Notes under the pieces: generated by a model
Told to the model about the DNA's origin: nothing
The model's input: the letters and a program-made list of their open reading frames with translations, nothing else
Databases searched by the model: none
Translations under genes and position numbers: made by a program
Shown here: in pieces, positions 49,139-62,199 of the stretch
How the letters are laid out: each line of letters opens with the position of its first letter
Position numbering within the stretch: the stretch's first letter is position 1
NCBI RefSeq assembly: GCF_001194135.2
Contig: NC_068981.1
Location: forward strand, 57,729,092-57,793,091
Direction: 5' to 3'
Length of the DNA stretch: 64,000 bases
DNA from: Octopus bimaculoides
Taxonomy: Eukaryota

Positions 49139-49369
49139 TTAACCCTTTAGCAATCACATTATTCTATCAAAAGTAGTGCTTATTTATTCATATTATTTTG
49201 AATTAATTAATCATGCATTTTCATGTAGCTATGAGATTTTGATGAGGTAACTGTTAATTTCTAGAATGATATTGTAGGGTTGGTGTGAGAGGCCAGATCT
49301 GGCCAGTTTGAGCATAAAACAAGTGGAATATTTTGCCGGATATAGCTGGTTTAAATGCTGAAGGGTTAA
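49139..49369 (+). mobile_element. piggyBac-type MITE family 1, copy C
   Basis: TTAA|CCCTTTAGC ... GCTGAAGGG|TTAA termini; lies 38 nt from the exon 2 donor. Confidence 0.85.
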
Positions 49370-49407
49370 ACATTCGAGTTCTTAAAGTTGCTATTTAAAA
49401 AACTTAC

Positions 49408-49584
49408 CTTTTCTAAAAGAGCATCCAAGAGAGGCATATTTTCTTCCTGAGCTTTGATAGTATGTGAGAAGAAAGCATATGTCTTATCTGGCAAAAGTAA
49501 ATCTATTGGAATTTGTTTCACACCAAGAATCAAGCTAGCCTCATTGATTTCTTCTTGGTAATCAGCACCAACCTGTACATATTC
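49408..49584 (-). CDS. AASS: AASS coding exon 2 (177 nt)
   Basis: Reads [59 protein letters not shown], with the GVK and FFSHTIKAQ catalytic Lys/His motifs. Acceptor tttttag, donor GTAAGT, phase 0/0. Not in the ORF track. Confidence 0.97.
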
Positions 49585-51129
49585 CTAAAAACAAACAAAC
49601 AAATATTTGATGTTGCATAATTGCATAAATGAATTAAGGAATGCATGTATTTTCCTGTAACATGGAGTGTATGTAGATTAAAATGTTATTCATTAATCAC
49701 AATTTTAAATCTAATCTTAACAATGTGATCAAAGAGTGATTGCTGTGATGCTTGGTACTAGCACACATTACATAAAAAAATAGCATTAATATTAGATGTT
49801 ATTCTTAATGAAAGAACGTAACATCTACAATGTCATTCAAGCACTGTGGCCTAAATTCACAACTCTAGTGCTTTAATCACAAAGCTATTGTGAAATGCAC
49901 ATGCACACACAGATGGATCAAAACACACATATACAAACAAACAAAAAGAGAGGTGGGTAGCTCATGTTCTTTATATTCCAGTTCATGGCAAAATAAGGAT
50001 AATATTGTGAATCCTTATCGTCACCATCATTTAACGTCTGTATTTCATACTGGATATGTTCAACAGAATCTGATGAGCCAAAGGACTTGCATTGAGCTCC
50101 AATGCATGCTTTGGCATGGTTTCAACAGCATAATGTCCTTCCTAATGCCAACTACTTTACAGAGTGTACTTGATGGTTTTTTTTTTCCACAGTACCAGCA
50201 TTAGTGAGGTCACTATATTAGTTGCAAAACAAGACCCCTTAACAGAGTGGGGTTACAATATTGAAAGAGAGGGCTTTGTGCAGTGCTGAGAGGTTAAGAG
50301 GGACAGAAACTGGTGCCTTGCTGTAGAGGAGATACATAGCTACTCCAATAGGAAAGAGAGAAAGGATGGTGGAGAAGAGGTGTCAGGACATACTCTCAAA
50401 ACATGAGATGAATAAAAATAGAATAGAGATACAGAATCAAAGATAGTTGGTTAGGGAAGTTTGTAAGAGAGTGAAAGGAGAATGACAAATGGTAGGGATG
50501 AAGATAGAAGTGAGTGAAGTGAATGGTGAATATGGTGGGGCAGATGCATTGCATCTTACAGAAGTATCTCCTACCATAGCTGCAGGTAAACCAAAGCCTT
50601 GTAAGTGGATTTGGTAGACAGAAAATGTAAGACATCCATTATGATTGTGTGGGGAGGAGGGGGAGAGATAAAGAGAATATGTTTGTGTCACCTTGTCTTG
50701 ACATCATGTGATAGTTTGCTATCATATATGTGGTGTCATTCATTTCTAATATTCTGTAAAATCATGTCTGGCAATGGGGAGGTTGTGTTTTGAGAGAGAT
50801 TTGGCTACTTTTCTAGTTAGTCAAGGAATATTATAGAAACTCCATCCTTGTCTTACTGTTGTATAATGAAGGCTACTTCTCATGATGATGACTATCTTTA
50901 GAATACAATTCAATGTAGAATATGTAATGAGTAAAGGCATTTTTTGTGCATTGCTGGATCTAGAAGGGCAGTGAACATGACATCTGCAGATCCCTCAGGA
51001 CCAATGAGATTGATGTCATTAACATTCTACTTAAACTATGGCAAGTCAATATTGCAGGACCAAGGTTTTGAGGAGAAAGTACTAGGTGTAGCTGTTAGTG
51101 TAGAACTGGGAGAGGGGGGATACAACAGG

Positions 51130-52330
51130 AGGTGAGGTGTTTGAGTGGCAGTGTGAGTGTTTGAGTGGATGTAGCACAAGAATAGCCAGCTCTAGGGAAC
51201 AGAGGTTATTATTAGTCAAGTAGAGAGGAGACAGAAAGTCTACTTACTAGAGGTTGGAGTGTCTCTAAGTGAGTTTATGGCAATCAGTTGGGATACAGTC
51301 TAGGATGGCTATGTGTGATGCAACAACAGCATCCCATATGTAGGGAAAATACTCTTATGTGGACTATACTTTGTAGAGTGTCAGTAACTGTTGGGAGGGT
51401 GGGAGGTCTGAAGTATTTTCTGATTTAGAAGAGAAGGGTCAATCTTTGGGATGTAGACCTAGCTATGTTAACCCTTTAGCATTCAGATTATTTTGTCAAA
51501 TGTATTGCTTATTTATTCACGTTGTTTGGAATTCATTATGCATTATCTCATTGCTTTGAAATTTTGATGATATGATTGATTATTTTTTAGAATGACATTG
51601 TAAAATAGTGTGAGAGTCCAGATCCAGCTGATATGGACATAAAACAGGTAGAATATTTGAGCCTGATATGGCCGGTTTAAATGCTAAAGGGTTAAGGTGC
51701 TTTCATTAGGAAAGATCTTTGGTAATAGCAATGCCTAATATTTGGAGTGACTGCAGGAGTTCCATTTGTGTACTACTCATAGTTGAAGGGAATGTGGTGT
51801 GATAATGTCTTTTTGATATGAGTGGTGCTCATGCATTTTATTGCCATTGAAAGAGACATTGGCATGGCCCAAATGAAAGCTGCTTTTCAGGACTCTGTTT
51901 ATGGAGGTTTGACACAATCAATGATGCATGGCTGGGGAAAGTTAGGGAAGAATGAAGGGTCATGTCATCTGCATAAAAATGGATGTTGTTGGATGTGATA
52001 CTAAGTAGGTTACTGATGTGTAGAAAGAAGAGAATGGAGAATAAATCAAAACCCTGGGAGTATGCAACACAAAAGCTAGAAAACACCATTATTAACGGCT
52101 GTTTCCGTTACTTTTGAGTAGTGAGTGTAATAGGATGATAGTTGGCATGGTCAGGGAGTTGTCTTTCTTGAGAATAGGACACACTGTAATTCCAAAAGAT
52201 CAGCAAATATCCTGAGTGAGTGAATGAGAGGGAGAGAGAGAGAGATTAAAGCATTTGATGCATACAGAGTAAACCCCAAGGTGTAATGGAAGACATGCTG
52301 TCAAAACTGGAGGTTGTTGTGAAGTGATTG
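51130..52330 (-). mobile_element. Decayed CR1/L2-like LINE RT fragment
   Basis: 'HISNLLSITSNNIHFYADDMTLHSS' (YADD motif, ORF 51838..52089) plus an upstream 'NYHPI'-like motif; split by MITE copy D. Confidence 0.75.
51468..51695 (+). mobile_element. piggyBac-type MITE family 1, copy D (inserted in a CR1-like LINE)
   Basis: Perfect TTAA|CCCTTTAGC ... GCTAAAGGG|TTAA termini. Confidence 0.88.
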
Positions 52331-52513
52331 GGGGTGCACTGTTCTAGGTTTCAAAACTATATTCTAGTGTAAGGTACATTTAAGCTGTGTATACAGTTAG
52401 CTTTGTTCAAGGATAATTGGGCGTTTTTGGCTTTGAAAAGGAAACTAGCCCTTTTTTGCTGATTTCATAGCTATACAAAGAATATGTAGTCACTATAAAC
52501 ATTGAGAACTTAC

Positions 52514-52735
52514 CATCATACTGTACGCCCTACGATTTGAAGGTTGTACAATGACTTTGATACCATCTTTCACAAGTTGTTTTACATGTGCTGGAGACAG
52601 GGGGGCTCTTCTTTCCCAAACATTAACATCTTCTCTACGAATAGCTAGAACCCTTCTTTTGTCGCCAAAATATCGTTGACTCACTATACGTAAAGATGGA
52701 AACTTATGCAACTTTGAAAGGGATGCCGACCACAT
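52514..52735 (-). CDS. AASS: AASS coding exon 1 (mitochondrial targeting peptide + start of LKR domain), 74 codons
   Basis: Reads [74 protein letters not shown]. The [21 protein letters not shown] motif is diagnostic of AASS/LKR. ATG at 52735 follows an acceptor (ttttattttcag; exon starts at 52746 with 11 nt of 5'UTR). Donor GTAAGT at 52513, phase 0. The N-terminus is basic, Ser-rich and acid-free, as expected for a mitochondrial presequence. Confidence 0.97.
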
Positions 52736-54199
52736 GTTAGTAGAGTCTGAAAATAAAATTAAAAGTAATGTGATGATACTGATTAAGAATAAACTATTTG
52801 AACTAACTAAAATGACTTCTCTTTCCAGGAAAATAGTAAAATAAATATGAAAAGATATTGTTAATAATATACTGTTGAATTTATACATATTTATTTGCTT
52901 GTTAAATATGAGAAAGGGAAGAATTATATAGAGCAACATGTAAAATAACTTCAACAATATTTTTAATTCTTACATCAAGTCTTGTATTACTGTAGTTAGT
53001 TTTATACTTCATGTTTCTGAGTTCAAAATCCACACAAGATTCATCGTTGCTTTTCATTAACAAAATGAGTGCTATACTGTACTAGGATACATTCAGATTG
53101 ATTATGTCGTCTCCTGCACAAAATAGCTTTTCAGTAAGTTGAAAGAGATCAATATTTAAACCAAACACCTTCACTTTGTACAACTTTCCAAGCACATTAA
53201 ACCACTTTCATAGTGATCAGTAGAAGCAGAAAAGAAAAACTAATAGTAGCACTTTTTTTTAAAAATGTATTACAGTTCATAGTACAATTGAGAAAACTAT
53301 GAAGGTCACCAAAATTCTTTCTTCAGAGCAATGTGAATTTATATTCACTGCTGGTGTTTCATTTAGCTTCTGAAAAAAGCACTTCATTCTAAAGTGCTCT
53401 GTTCACTTAGCTATTGCTAATATATAATAGGGATCATCTGGACATGTTATTTGAGATAAGGTAGTATCCCATCCTAGAAGAGATTTATCTCTCAACTTTT
53501 TAATGTCATGAAACCAGAGCTTAGCAGCAACCTTTATAAGACCACTGCAGTTAAAAAGGCATTTAATTTTACAGGTTAGTATTGCAGCAATATGTGCCTT
53601 GACTTCCAATGTACATTACAGAAGAATCCTATGTTTGCCAAGATAATCCTTTCTACTAAAGGAACAAGGCCTGAAAGTTTGCAGAAGCAGGAATAGTCAA
53701 TTTGATCGACTCCCCATCCCCATGCTCAACTAGTACTTACTACAATCAACTCTGAAAGGATGAAAGGCAACGTCAACCTTGGCAGCATTTCAGCTTAGAA
53801 TGTAAAGACAGGTGAAATGTTGCTAAGCATTTTGTTCAGCATGGTGACAATTCTGCCAGCTCACCACCACTACTGTTACTAATAATAAAAGATAATGATG
53901 ATGATGAAAACAAACCTTAATGATGGACTAATGTATGAATATTGTTGGTTAAGCTGATGCCACACTAAAAGATAAGGTTAAGTTCACAAATATGTTAGTG
54001 AGAAGAATGTTGTTTGATAGTTAATGTACTCTTGTTTTCCACAGTACATCCTATTGCATGAATCAGGCATGGGTATTATAACGTGGACTGGTAAAACAAA
54101 TTATATACAGTTTTGATGACACACCAAGGAGAGGTGAATATCACTTGGAAAGATAAGGTCATCCAAGCTAACTGGCATGAAAGAAACACTCGTGTAACG

Positions 54200-57100
54200 A
54201 AACCTCTACTGAGCGGGAACGCCCCAAAAGAAGAGAAATCTCGGTTACAAAGATGAAAACTTTTGTCTCACAGCTGGCTAATGGGACGTGAAATCAAGGT
54301 AGAACCTGTCTGAGCTTACAAGAATGTAGTTAATCAGAGATGAAGCAGTTCGGGAAACAAACCTGAGGAGGAGATCAATCAATAATTCACTTATAAAATA
54401 CTAAGATAAGAAACGTCGATTTCGATAGAAAGCTTGAAATAATGGATAGGTTGGGTGGGTTTTCTGGCCAGTCAAACGAAGTTTTTTTTTTTTTTTTTTT
54501 TTGCAAATGCTGATCAAACGAGTTATACAGAATCAATGATACGCATGTAACTATGTAATAAAATATTTTATAACTCAATTCAAAATTACAATAAAGTACA
54601 GTGGACACATAAGATTCTAGTTATGTGTTCTTTTGCAAGAACTAGTAGTATATGCAATCTATTAAAAACTCAATATTCTTTCCTTTCTGAAGATGTATAC
54701 AAGTTGCCATCAATATGAGAGCTTTTTCAAGATGTGCTGTTATTTTTTAACTTCAGTGTCTCTATAACTACTGGATAAAAAAAATCACATCTGAATTACT
54801 GAGAAAAGAAATTGTTAAAAAAATAATAGCATAGTGTTTGATCAATCATAGATCTATGTGATAACGTAGTAGTGGTGATAAATAAGTCGTAGAAATGAGA
54901 GAAATTAAATAACTTTCAATTCCTGAAAATGAAGTGGGGAAAAACAACTTGCAATAAGAAATAACGAATCTTTCATTTTGCTTTAAACACACAGCACGGT
55001 GGTACTACAATTTGCGGTATATCATGCAGAATAATAAACCAGTCGTGTTGTTACAACGTAAACCAACGTGTTAAGTGATAACACAACAAAAAAGATGAGA
55101 AAAAAAAAAAAAAGAGACGAAACCTTATAAAACGTGGAGTGTCCATTAGTTTAAGGGTGAAACCGTAAAGTGTGAAGTGCATGTACACTTAATGTATAAA
55201 AGCAGGAGATTGGATAGATGTATCATTATTTTAATCTTGTACAAGAAAAGAATATTAAGAAAAATATTCCTTCAATGTAAACATTTTTTAAAAGATTTAG
55301 TTAGATAACGCTTCTTGCTTTTGTCTTATCTATACTTTATTTTCTTTACTTTCTCTCATGTTATTCGTAAATAACATATTCTTTATTAATCAATATTAAG
55401 TTGGTTATTAATCATATAAATTAAAATAAACAATTTCAGTATATAAAAAGATAATTGAAAATGTAAAGAGTGTAAATCAAGAAATTAATTTTTCTTTATT
55501 TTTACAGCCAAATTCTTTTTCTGTTTATCCACGAGATAAAAAAAAATATTACAATCTTTGTGTATTAATAATTTCTTATAACATTTAGATCTTAACATGC
55601 AATGTAATAGCAACTGATAACGCAATATCAATAACAACACACTGAATGCTGTTACAGTATCGGAAAATTCCATCTGTGTATACGTAGCAATACGACAGAA
55701 AGAAATGTTTGGCTTACACATTCATAACCAAAATGAATCATGGAAAAATATGTTAGTGTAAGACGTGGAGGTGACCCTATTGTCTGTACCTGACCTTAAT
55801 CGTGGTATTTACTTGAGTAAAAACAATACAAAACTAAAACTATAGAACACGAACGGTTACTGAGGAATATGAATATCACGATTGCTGAGAAAACAGCATT
55901 AAAAAATTAACAGATAGCGAGAGAAAAGCATGTGAGTGGGGTGCGGGTTAATACGGAAATTTAATGTTAGCTCTTTTTAGGCTTAAAAATATATCCCTTT
56001 GAAAATAAACAGGAATTGTGCATGTTGGAAATCACTGTTGAAACGTGCAACATTGTGCTTATGATAAAAGTCCATATTGAAACGGATTTCTCATCTCCCT
56101 CATCTTCGGCATGCTTAAAAAGTACTGAATGGTGTACAGATAGATGGAAATACAGAAAATTTAAATATCCATAAACGTTGCACATATCTTGTGCAACATT
56201 TGAAACTAAATTTCAATCTATTTAATCTATTTCAAACTCTTCCAATACACTAATAAAATACAAAATGATTTTAGATGTGGTTAAAGCCTCAAGCGATGCA
56301 TATCCCAAATACATTAGCAGTTAATGTGAAACAGGTCTTCTATGGAGGAATCGACGTTACAACCCTACTGGATGGAAACAGGGGTGAAATATTTCGCTTT
56401 TGCCAACAACCAAGAGATGAGCCTCAAGGTGGTTTACTCGAGCAGTTAAAAATAGCAGCCAAACTTCACTCTGCCCATCGAAGAAAGAAAGACATGACAC
56501 ATTAAACAATGCAGGAGTTAAATGTACAAAAAGATGGAATTATCATCTTGGAACATTTCTGATAATAACTCTGCTCAGTCGGGACTAACCTTGGTCTAGA
56601 AAACAACATAGAAAACATTTTATTTACAAACACACAACATAAGATTTGAATACAGGTTTAGATACGGGAATGCTATACGATGAAAAACAAAAAAATAAAT
56701 AAACAATCGATTATCAACATAGTTTAATTTTAGTGAATTGAGTGAGCTCGAACTATAAACAATTGAAAACATTTACAGCCTACCTGGTGTTCAATACGTT
56801 GTAAACAGGAGTTCAGCAACTGAATGACTTGTATTGGATTTCTATTATGCAATTTTCTAAGACGGCCACGTGGTTCAGAATTTCAGCTAATGGCAGAAGA
56901 GCAATATCACACACCTATGCTGCGAAATGTTGATGTTTTTAGGAAGCCGCATTGATAGTTATTACTGTATTTGTAGCGCTGGTCAGCTGTAATTCCTTTT
57001 TTAACGAAAAGGCATTACAGTCGTGACCATTTCATCTTATTTTCAGATATAAATATATGCGGGACTACTTTATTCTGATGCGTGTTCTTTTTTTCTTTCT

Positions 57101-57700
57101 TTTCTTTTTTTCTACAAGAAGATCGATTGGGATTTGAAGAAGATTTGGCTATTATTTTGTAGATCGAGAAACTACATAGCATGCCCGTCGCTAAGGGGAT
57201 GCACTAGATGGCACTGCCCCCTCACTAGTCAATCGTGCGCCCTCAAATTTACAGCGGTACCCTTATTTCGAAACTCTACGTTAGCATTATTACAAATTAG
57301 TGTCCACTGAAAATATTGTGAAGCATCCCCAGGTACAAAAGTCTGGCGATGAGCCTGCTATGTGGAAGCTATTTTGTTGCATGCCACTTATAGATTGGAG
57401 ATGGCAAACGTACATGTATGGCGGTGAGCTGGCAGAAACGTTAGCAGACTGGTCGAAATGCTTAGTGGTATTTCGTCTGCCGCTACGTTCTGAGTTCAAA
57501 TTCCGCCGAGGTCGACTTTGCCTTTCAACCATTCGGGGTCGATTAAATAAGTACCAGTTACGCACTGGGGTCGCTATAATCGACTTAATCTGTTTGTCTG
57601 TCCTTGTTTGTCCCATCTGTGTGTAGCCCCTTGTAGGCAGTAAAGAAATAAGACGTAAATGTATGGAATGAGATTATTCAACTTTTTAACTGTGATTTGA
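54200..57700. promoter_or_regulatory. CpG-retaining region, probable AASS promoter / non-coding first exon
   Basis: CpG dinucleotides are visibly frequent here and nearly absent from unique intronic DNA. The first coding exon begins with a splice acceptor, so a 5'UTR exon must lie upstream. Candidate exon: minus-strand TCAGT initiator-like site at about 55861 to CAG|GTACAG donor at 55790/55789. Confidence 0.5.
57410..57650 (+). mobile_element. Well-preserved SINE with Deu/Nin-like domain
   Basis: ggcggtgagctggcagaaacgttagc...gttcaaattccgccgaggtcgactttgcctttcaaccattcggggtcgattaaataagtacc; CpGs are retained. Confidence 0.75.
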
Positions 57701-58466
57701 CAAATACACACAAAATGCACGCACGAGCGTATATACATTTCTGTCATCATCGCACTTGTCAAATAGAATCTGTAGAGACACATTTATTGCCAGATACCCT
57801 TCCTACTGCCAACCCTCACTGGTTAGACATGTTTTCATGGACAAGACTTCCTTTTGCACCCCACCAAAAACACCCCTTTTTTAATTTAATTTTTTATTTC
57901 TACACAAACCCCCGTTTTCGGCTACGGAGAATACGAATCTGCAAATAAATTGGCAAAAATCGACATTTTGAAATCTCCCCACCACCATCACTAATCTCTT
58001 CATTTTTAACTTTTTTCAGAAATTTTTTTTTTTTTTTNNNNNNNNNNNNNNNNNNNNNNNNNNNNNNNNNNNNNNNNNNNNNNNNNNNNNNNNNNNNNNN
58101 NNNNNNNNNNNNNNNNNNNNNNNNNNNNNNNNNNNNNNNNNNNNNNNNNNNNNNNNNNNNNNNNNNNNNNNNNNNNNNNNNNNNNNNNNNNNNNNNNNNN
58201 NNNNNNNNNNNNNNNNNNNNNNNNNNNNNNNNNNNNNNNNNNNNNNNNNNNNNNNNNNNNNNNNNNNNNNNNNNNNNNNNNNNNNNNNNNNNNNNNNNNN
58301 NNNNNNNNNNNNNNNNNNNNNNNNNNNNNNNNNNNNNNNNNNNNNNNNNNNNNNNNNNNNNNNNNNNNNNNNNNNNNNNNNNNNNNNNNNNNNNNNNNNN
58401 NNNNNNNNNNNNNNNNNNNNNNNNNNNNNNNNNNNNNNNNNNNNNNNNNNNNNNNNNNNNNNNNNN

Positions 58467-59270
58467 ATCCATCTTATGAAAACATTCGATCTTAGCATAT
58501 CAATAGATACCAGCCTGACGGTTGTCAATTTCCTTGACATATCTGTGGATTTACAAAAGAATATTTACAAACCCTATAGAAAGCCCAATGATAGACTTAG
58601 TTATATTAATGTAGGTTCCTGCCCCCCCCCCATAGTGTTTAAGAATTTAGCTTAGAATATTAGAATTTCTAGCCTCTCCTTTGATATAAACATATTTAAT
58701 AATGCTGCCCCAATATATAACAAAGCCCTTAAAGCTAGTGGATTTAAAGAGGAAATAGCTTACACACCTGCTATTAGGCCAGAAATAAAGAAAAGAAAAC
58801 AGACACAGGAAAATTATCTGGTTCACACCGCATTACTCCTCTGAAGTGACCTTTAATATAGGTAAATATTAATTGTCACTCATAGATAGACATTTTCCAA
58901 TAAATCACAAATATGGGAAATTCTTTAATAAGCCTAACCTAAAAATTAGTTTTAGTTCAACTCCAAATTTTAAAAACATAATTGCACACAACACAGAAAA
59001 ACAACAACATGAAGCCAGCTGTTCCTGCAGGGATAAAGACTTGTGCTCGCAAAATGGAGCCTGTATGACCTTATTTATAAAGCCACCATAAATTCTATGA
59101 ACACTAATAACACTGTATTGTCAAAGAAATATGTAAGTTTCACAGAGGGAAATTTTAAAGCAAGGTTCAATAATCACACCTTAAGCTTCAGACACTGGGA
59201 TAAACGAAAAACTACCAAATTATTCAGTCATATATGGATCTTAAAAGAACAAGGTGTCAGCTATCGGATT
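58467..59270 (+). mobile_element. Penelope-like element RT C-terminus + GIY-YIG fragment
   Basis: Reads 'VNFLDISVDLQKNIYKPYRKPNDRLSYIN', 'AAPIYNKALKASGF', 'CSCRDKDLCSQNGAC', 'YVSFTEGNFKARFNNHTLSFRH'. Frameshifted; the 5' part is hidden in a gap. Confidence 0.9.
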
Positions 59271-59859
59271 TACTGTACGTATGTATAAGTATAGACTTTA
59301 CCATAGGAACACATATATCCAAAACACATGCACACACATGAATGAAAGGTTGATAAGAGGGGGATGGCCAATGATATATAAGTTGAAAAGCAAAACACCA
59401 ATAAAGAAATAAAATAGTGAAAATGAAAAATGCTTCCTCTTGTTTTATAATAAATATCATTTCACATTACCTTTATTGAGTTGTCTGATTATCCTTAAAG
59501 GCCTACAAAGGAACCATAACTTGGTTGCTTGATCTGCTAAAAATAAACATCAACTCTCTTTCAAAATACACCTTGTTCTTTTTATTATTATCTTTTATGG
59601 CTCAGCCAGAGGAGGAAGAGTAGCACCTGTGATGTTTTTCAGGGTTTCTGAGACTGATGTTATGAAATAAGAAAGGTTATGTTGTAAAAACAAGCTGTAT
59701 TCAAGAGTGATGGGAAGTAGGAAGTTAAATCAGATACTAGAATTGCTGGTACCAGCACAGGAACAGCTTCAACATTCATTCTTTAGAAGAGGAGAGGTTG
59801 ATAAAAAAAACCAAACTCATTATCTTTAATTTGGTTTTTATACCTATCCTCACCTATGG

Positions 59860-60250
59860 CAATGGCCAAAAGAATACAGTCACAAATGTGACTGAAATGG
59901 GATTCCTTTGAAGGATCTCTGGAGTAACGTTACTCAATAGGGTGCATAACTCAGAGATCAGGGAGTTTCACCAGGTTGAGCTGCCACTTCTCTGCATTGA
60001 GAAATCACAACTCCAGTGCTATGGGCATGGGATTAGAATGTTGCAGGAAAGAAGCACAAGACAGATTCTTCAAGCTGAGTCAACTAGCAAGAAACTTAGG
60101 AGCAGACCAAGAACGAGATGGTTGGATAATATCCATAATTTCATTTGTTCACACTTAGGAACCCAACTAGTAAGTCTAAAAACAGTTGCTTCTGATAGGC
60201 TCTTATGTAGTAAGTGCCTGAGAACTCAATGCCCTTGACCTTCCCCGGAA
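59860..60250 (+). mobile_element. Old RTE LINE 3' fragment
   Basis: Reads 'LCIEKSQLQCYGHGIRM...RSRPRTRWLDNI'. Confidence 0.75.
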
Positions 60251-61536
60251 AAGTGACTGGAGAGGATGGATGACTGGATAAGAAGTTAAGAGATAAATTT
60301 CATCCACTGGCTAGGATGCTGGTTTATCACAGGTATCTTTCTCACAGGGAGTTGATCTTGACATAATTAGCTAATGAGCTACTTTTCAACGTAGCTTTGT
60401 ATTGCTATAATAAAACAAAAATCTTCAGTTGAGTGCTATTCATGCTACTGCCTTGGAAAGGCAAGTTATTTTTATCTTGCACTTTCTATACACAAATCTG
60501 TAGATTTGGGTCATCTATCTAGTCCACATAAAGTTAATACAGTTCTAAGAACAGGAATCAGACAACTAGCTTCTTGGTTGGTTGTCAACCACCCTATTCC
60601 CTAGATAATTTATGTTGCCTTTCTGCCCAGGAAATCTCACAAAACAAGAAGGAAATTTGAACTGAATAGTCAAAAACATGGAATCCCAATACTTTGTTCC
60701 AAAATTATTCATTTTGTTTCAGAAAAATTTATACTTTACACTTGTGGTTCTGCTGGTAACTAATGATCTCAACTCTTGATAAACATACACATCTACAGAT
60801 ATTGCAGATCAAGCTTCTCCCATTCACTAATATCCACTCCTTTCTTTACTTGTTTCTTCCATTGGTGATGATGATAAGCATTGCTTTCCCAACTGACCTC
60901 CCACATTTTAAACGCTTTCAATGTGGACTTTACACAATCCTTAAATCATAGTCTTGGTTTCCACTGAGGGCTCTCTCCACAAACAATTTTGTCATATAGC
61001 ATCTGCTTAGGGATCTTCTGATCATTCATCTGAACATGGTGTCCAGTCCAACATGAAACAGTGCTTGTATACCCTTGCTTGCCTCACTACTGCTCAGGAA
61101 GTTGGCTCCCCTCAAGACATCCACAAGCTAACATTCAGAATGTACCTCAGATGCCTCTGATAAAAGCATTCAAGGACCCTTATATGATGCCTGCAAAGAG
61201 TCTGTCTCTCACATGAGTAAAAGAGCAATGTCAGCACACACACACATACATGTTTAGAATAATAAGGTAGTCAGAATGTTGTATGATTATAGATATTTTT
61301 ATTTACACTTTTAGCACTTTCTTCCATTATCGGATTTATCAAAAACTATTTTAAAGTTAGATTTCTTGGTCTTTTTATATATAAAAAATTGTGGAGTTTG
61401 CCAAGCAAGGGAGAAGAAAGAAGAAAAAATTTTGAGAAGGAGGGGGACGTAAAGAGGCATGGCTTTTGTATTGGTAAGGTCAGACTTGTTTGTTTAGTAC
61501 TTAGTGACCTTTTAGAGTGTGGAAGGAAAAAAATTT

Positions 61537-61850
61537 TGTATTTGAATTGGTCAAGGTTTTTAATTGAAAAACCAGATGTTGTTTTTGACTTCCTTCAGTA
61601 AAAATTATTGCATTTCACAGTCATGTTTCTTTTTTCTTTTGTATTCATTAATGTGGGGATGGTAAAGAGGTGTGATTTTTGTATTAGTGTGGTCAAGGTT
61701 TTTAATTGAAAAATCAGATGTTGTTTTTGACTTACTTCAGTAAAAATTATAATTGCATTTCCAGGTCTTGTCTTTTATTGTTTTATATTCATTAAAGAAT
61801 GGTTGTATGGGTATGGTCAACTTTTTTAATTGAAATTCTAGATGTTTTCA
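61537..61850. repeat. Degenerate tandem repeat, ~2.3 units of 124-142 bp
   Basis: Core tggtcaa(gg)tttttaattgaaa..agatgtt starts at 61548, 61690 and 61814. Confidence 0.8.
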
Positions 61851-62199
61851 AAAGAGTGATTTTTGAGTTCACTATACACTCACACAGTAATTATACACGC
61901 ATACTCAAAGACATCTATATATGTACGTGTTCATATTTGTGCACACATACACACACCACACATACATAAGTACACATTATGATTTTTTAAAAATAATTAA
62001 TCAATATAATTAAAAATTCATCTCTGTGGTTAAATAAACTTAGAAAGTTTTGGTCATTTTAGTCACTACTCTTGATTTTCATCCGAGTATTTGTCCTTCA
62101 GACTGCAAAATGGAATTTTAAAAAGCAATACACAATGCTGTCACAATTATATTTCCAAATTCATCTATTTCTGGTTGGATGTTTTGTTTTGAATATATT

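Noticed and set aside
52736-52957. N-terminal 80-aa extension of ORF 52493..52957
   Set aside because: It is AT-rich intron read-through upstream of a clear acceptor at 52747-48. The plausible start is ATG 52735, which begins a mitochondrial-type presequence.
56275-56505. 76-aa ORF near the putative promoter
   Set aside because: No recognisable domain. Its 3' half resembles a dispersed repeat also seen near 39950-40010 and 59520-59560.
37049-58540. Long ORFs containing X runs (37049..37804, 57900..58472, 58016..58540; also 3704..3916)
   Set aside because: Artefacts of translating through N gaps.
62060-62105. Minus-strand CTGAAGG...GAAA downstream of the PLE fragment
   Set aside because: Core mismatch and no convincing stem I, II or III pairing, so it is not called a hammerhead.
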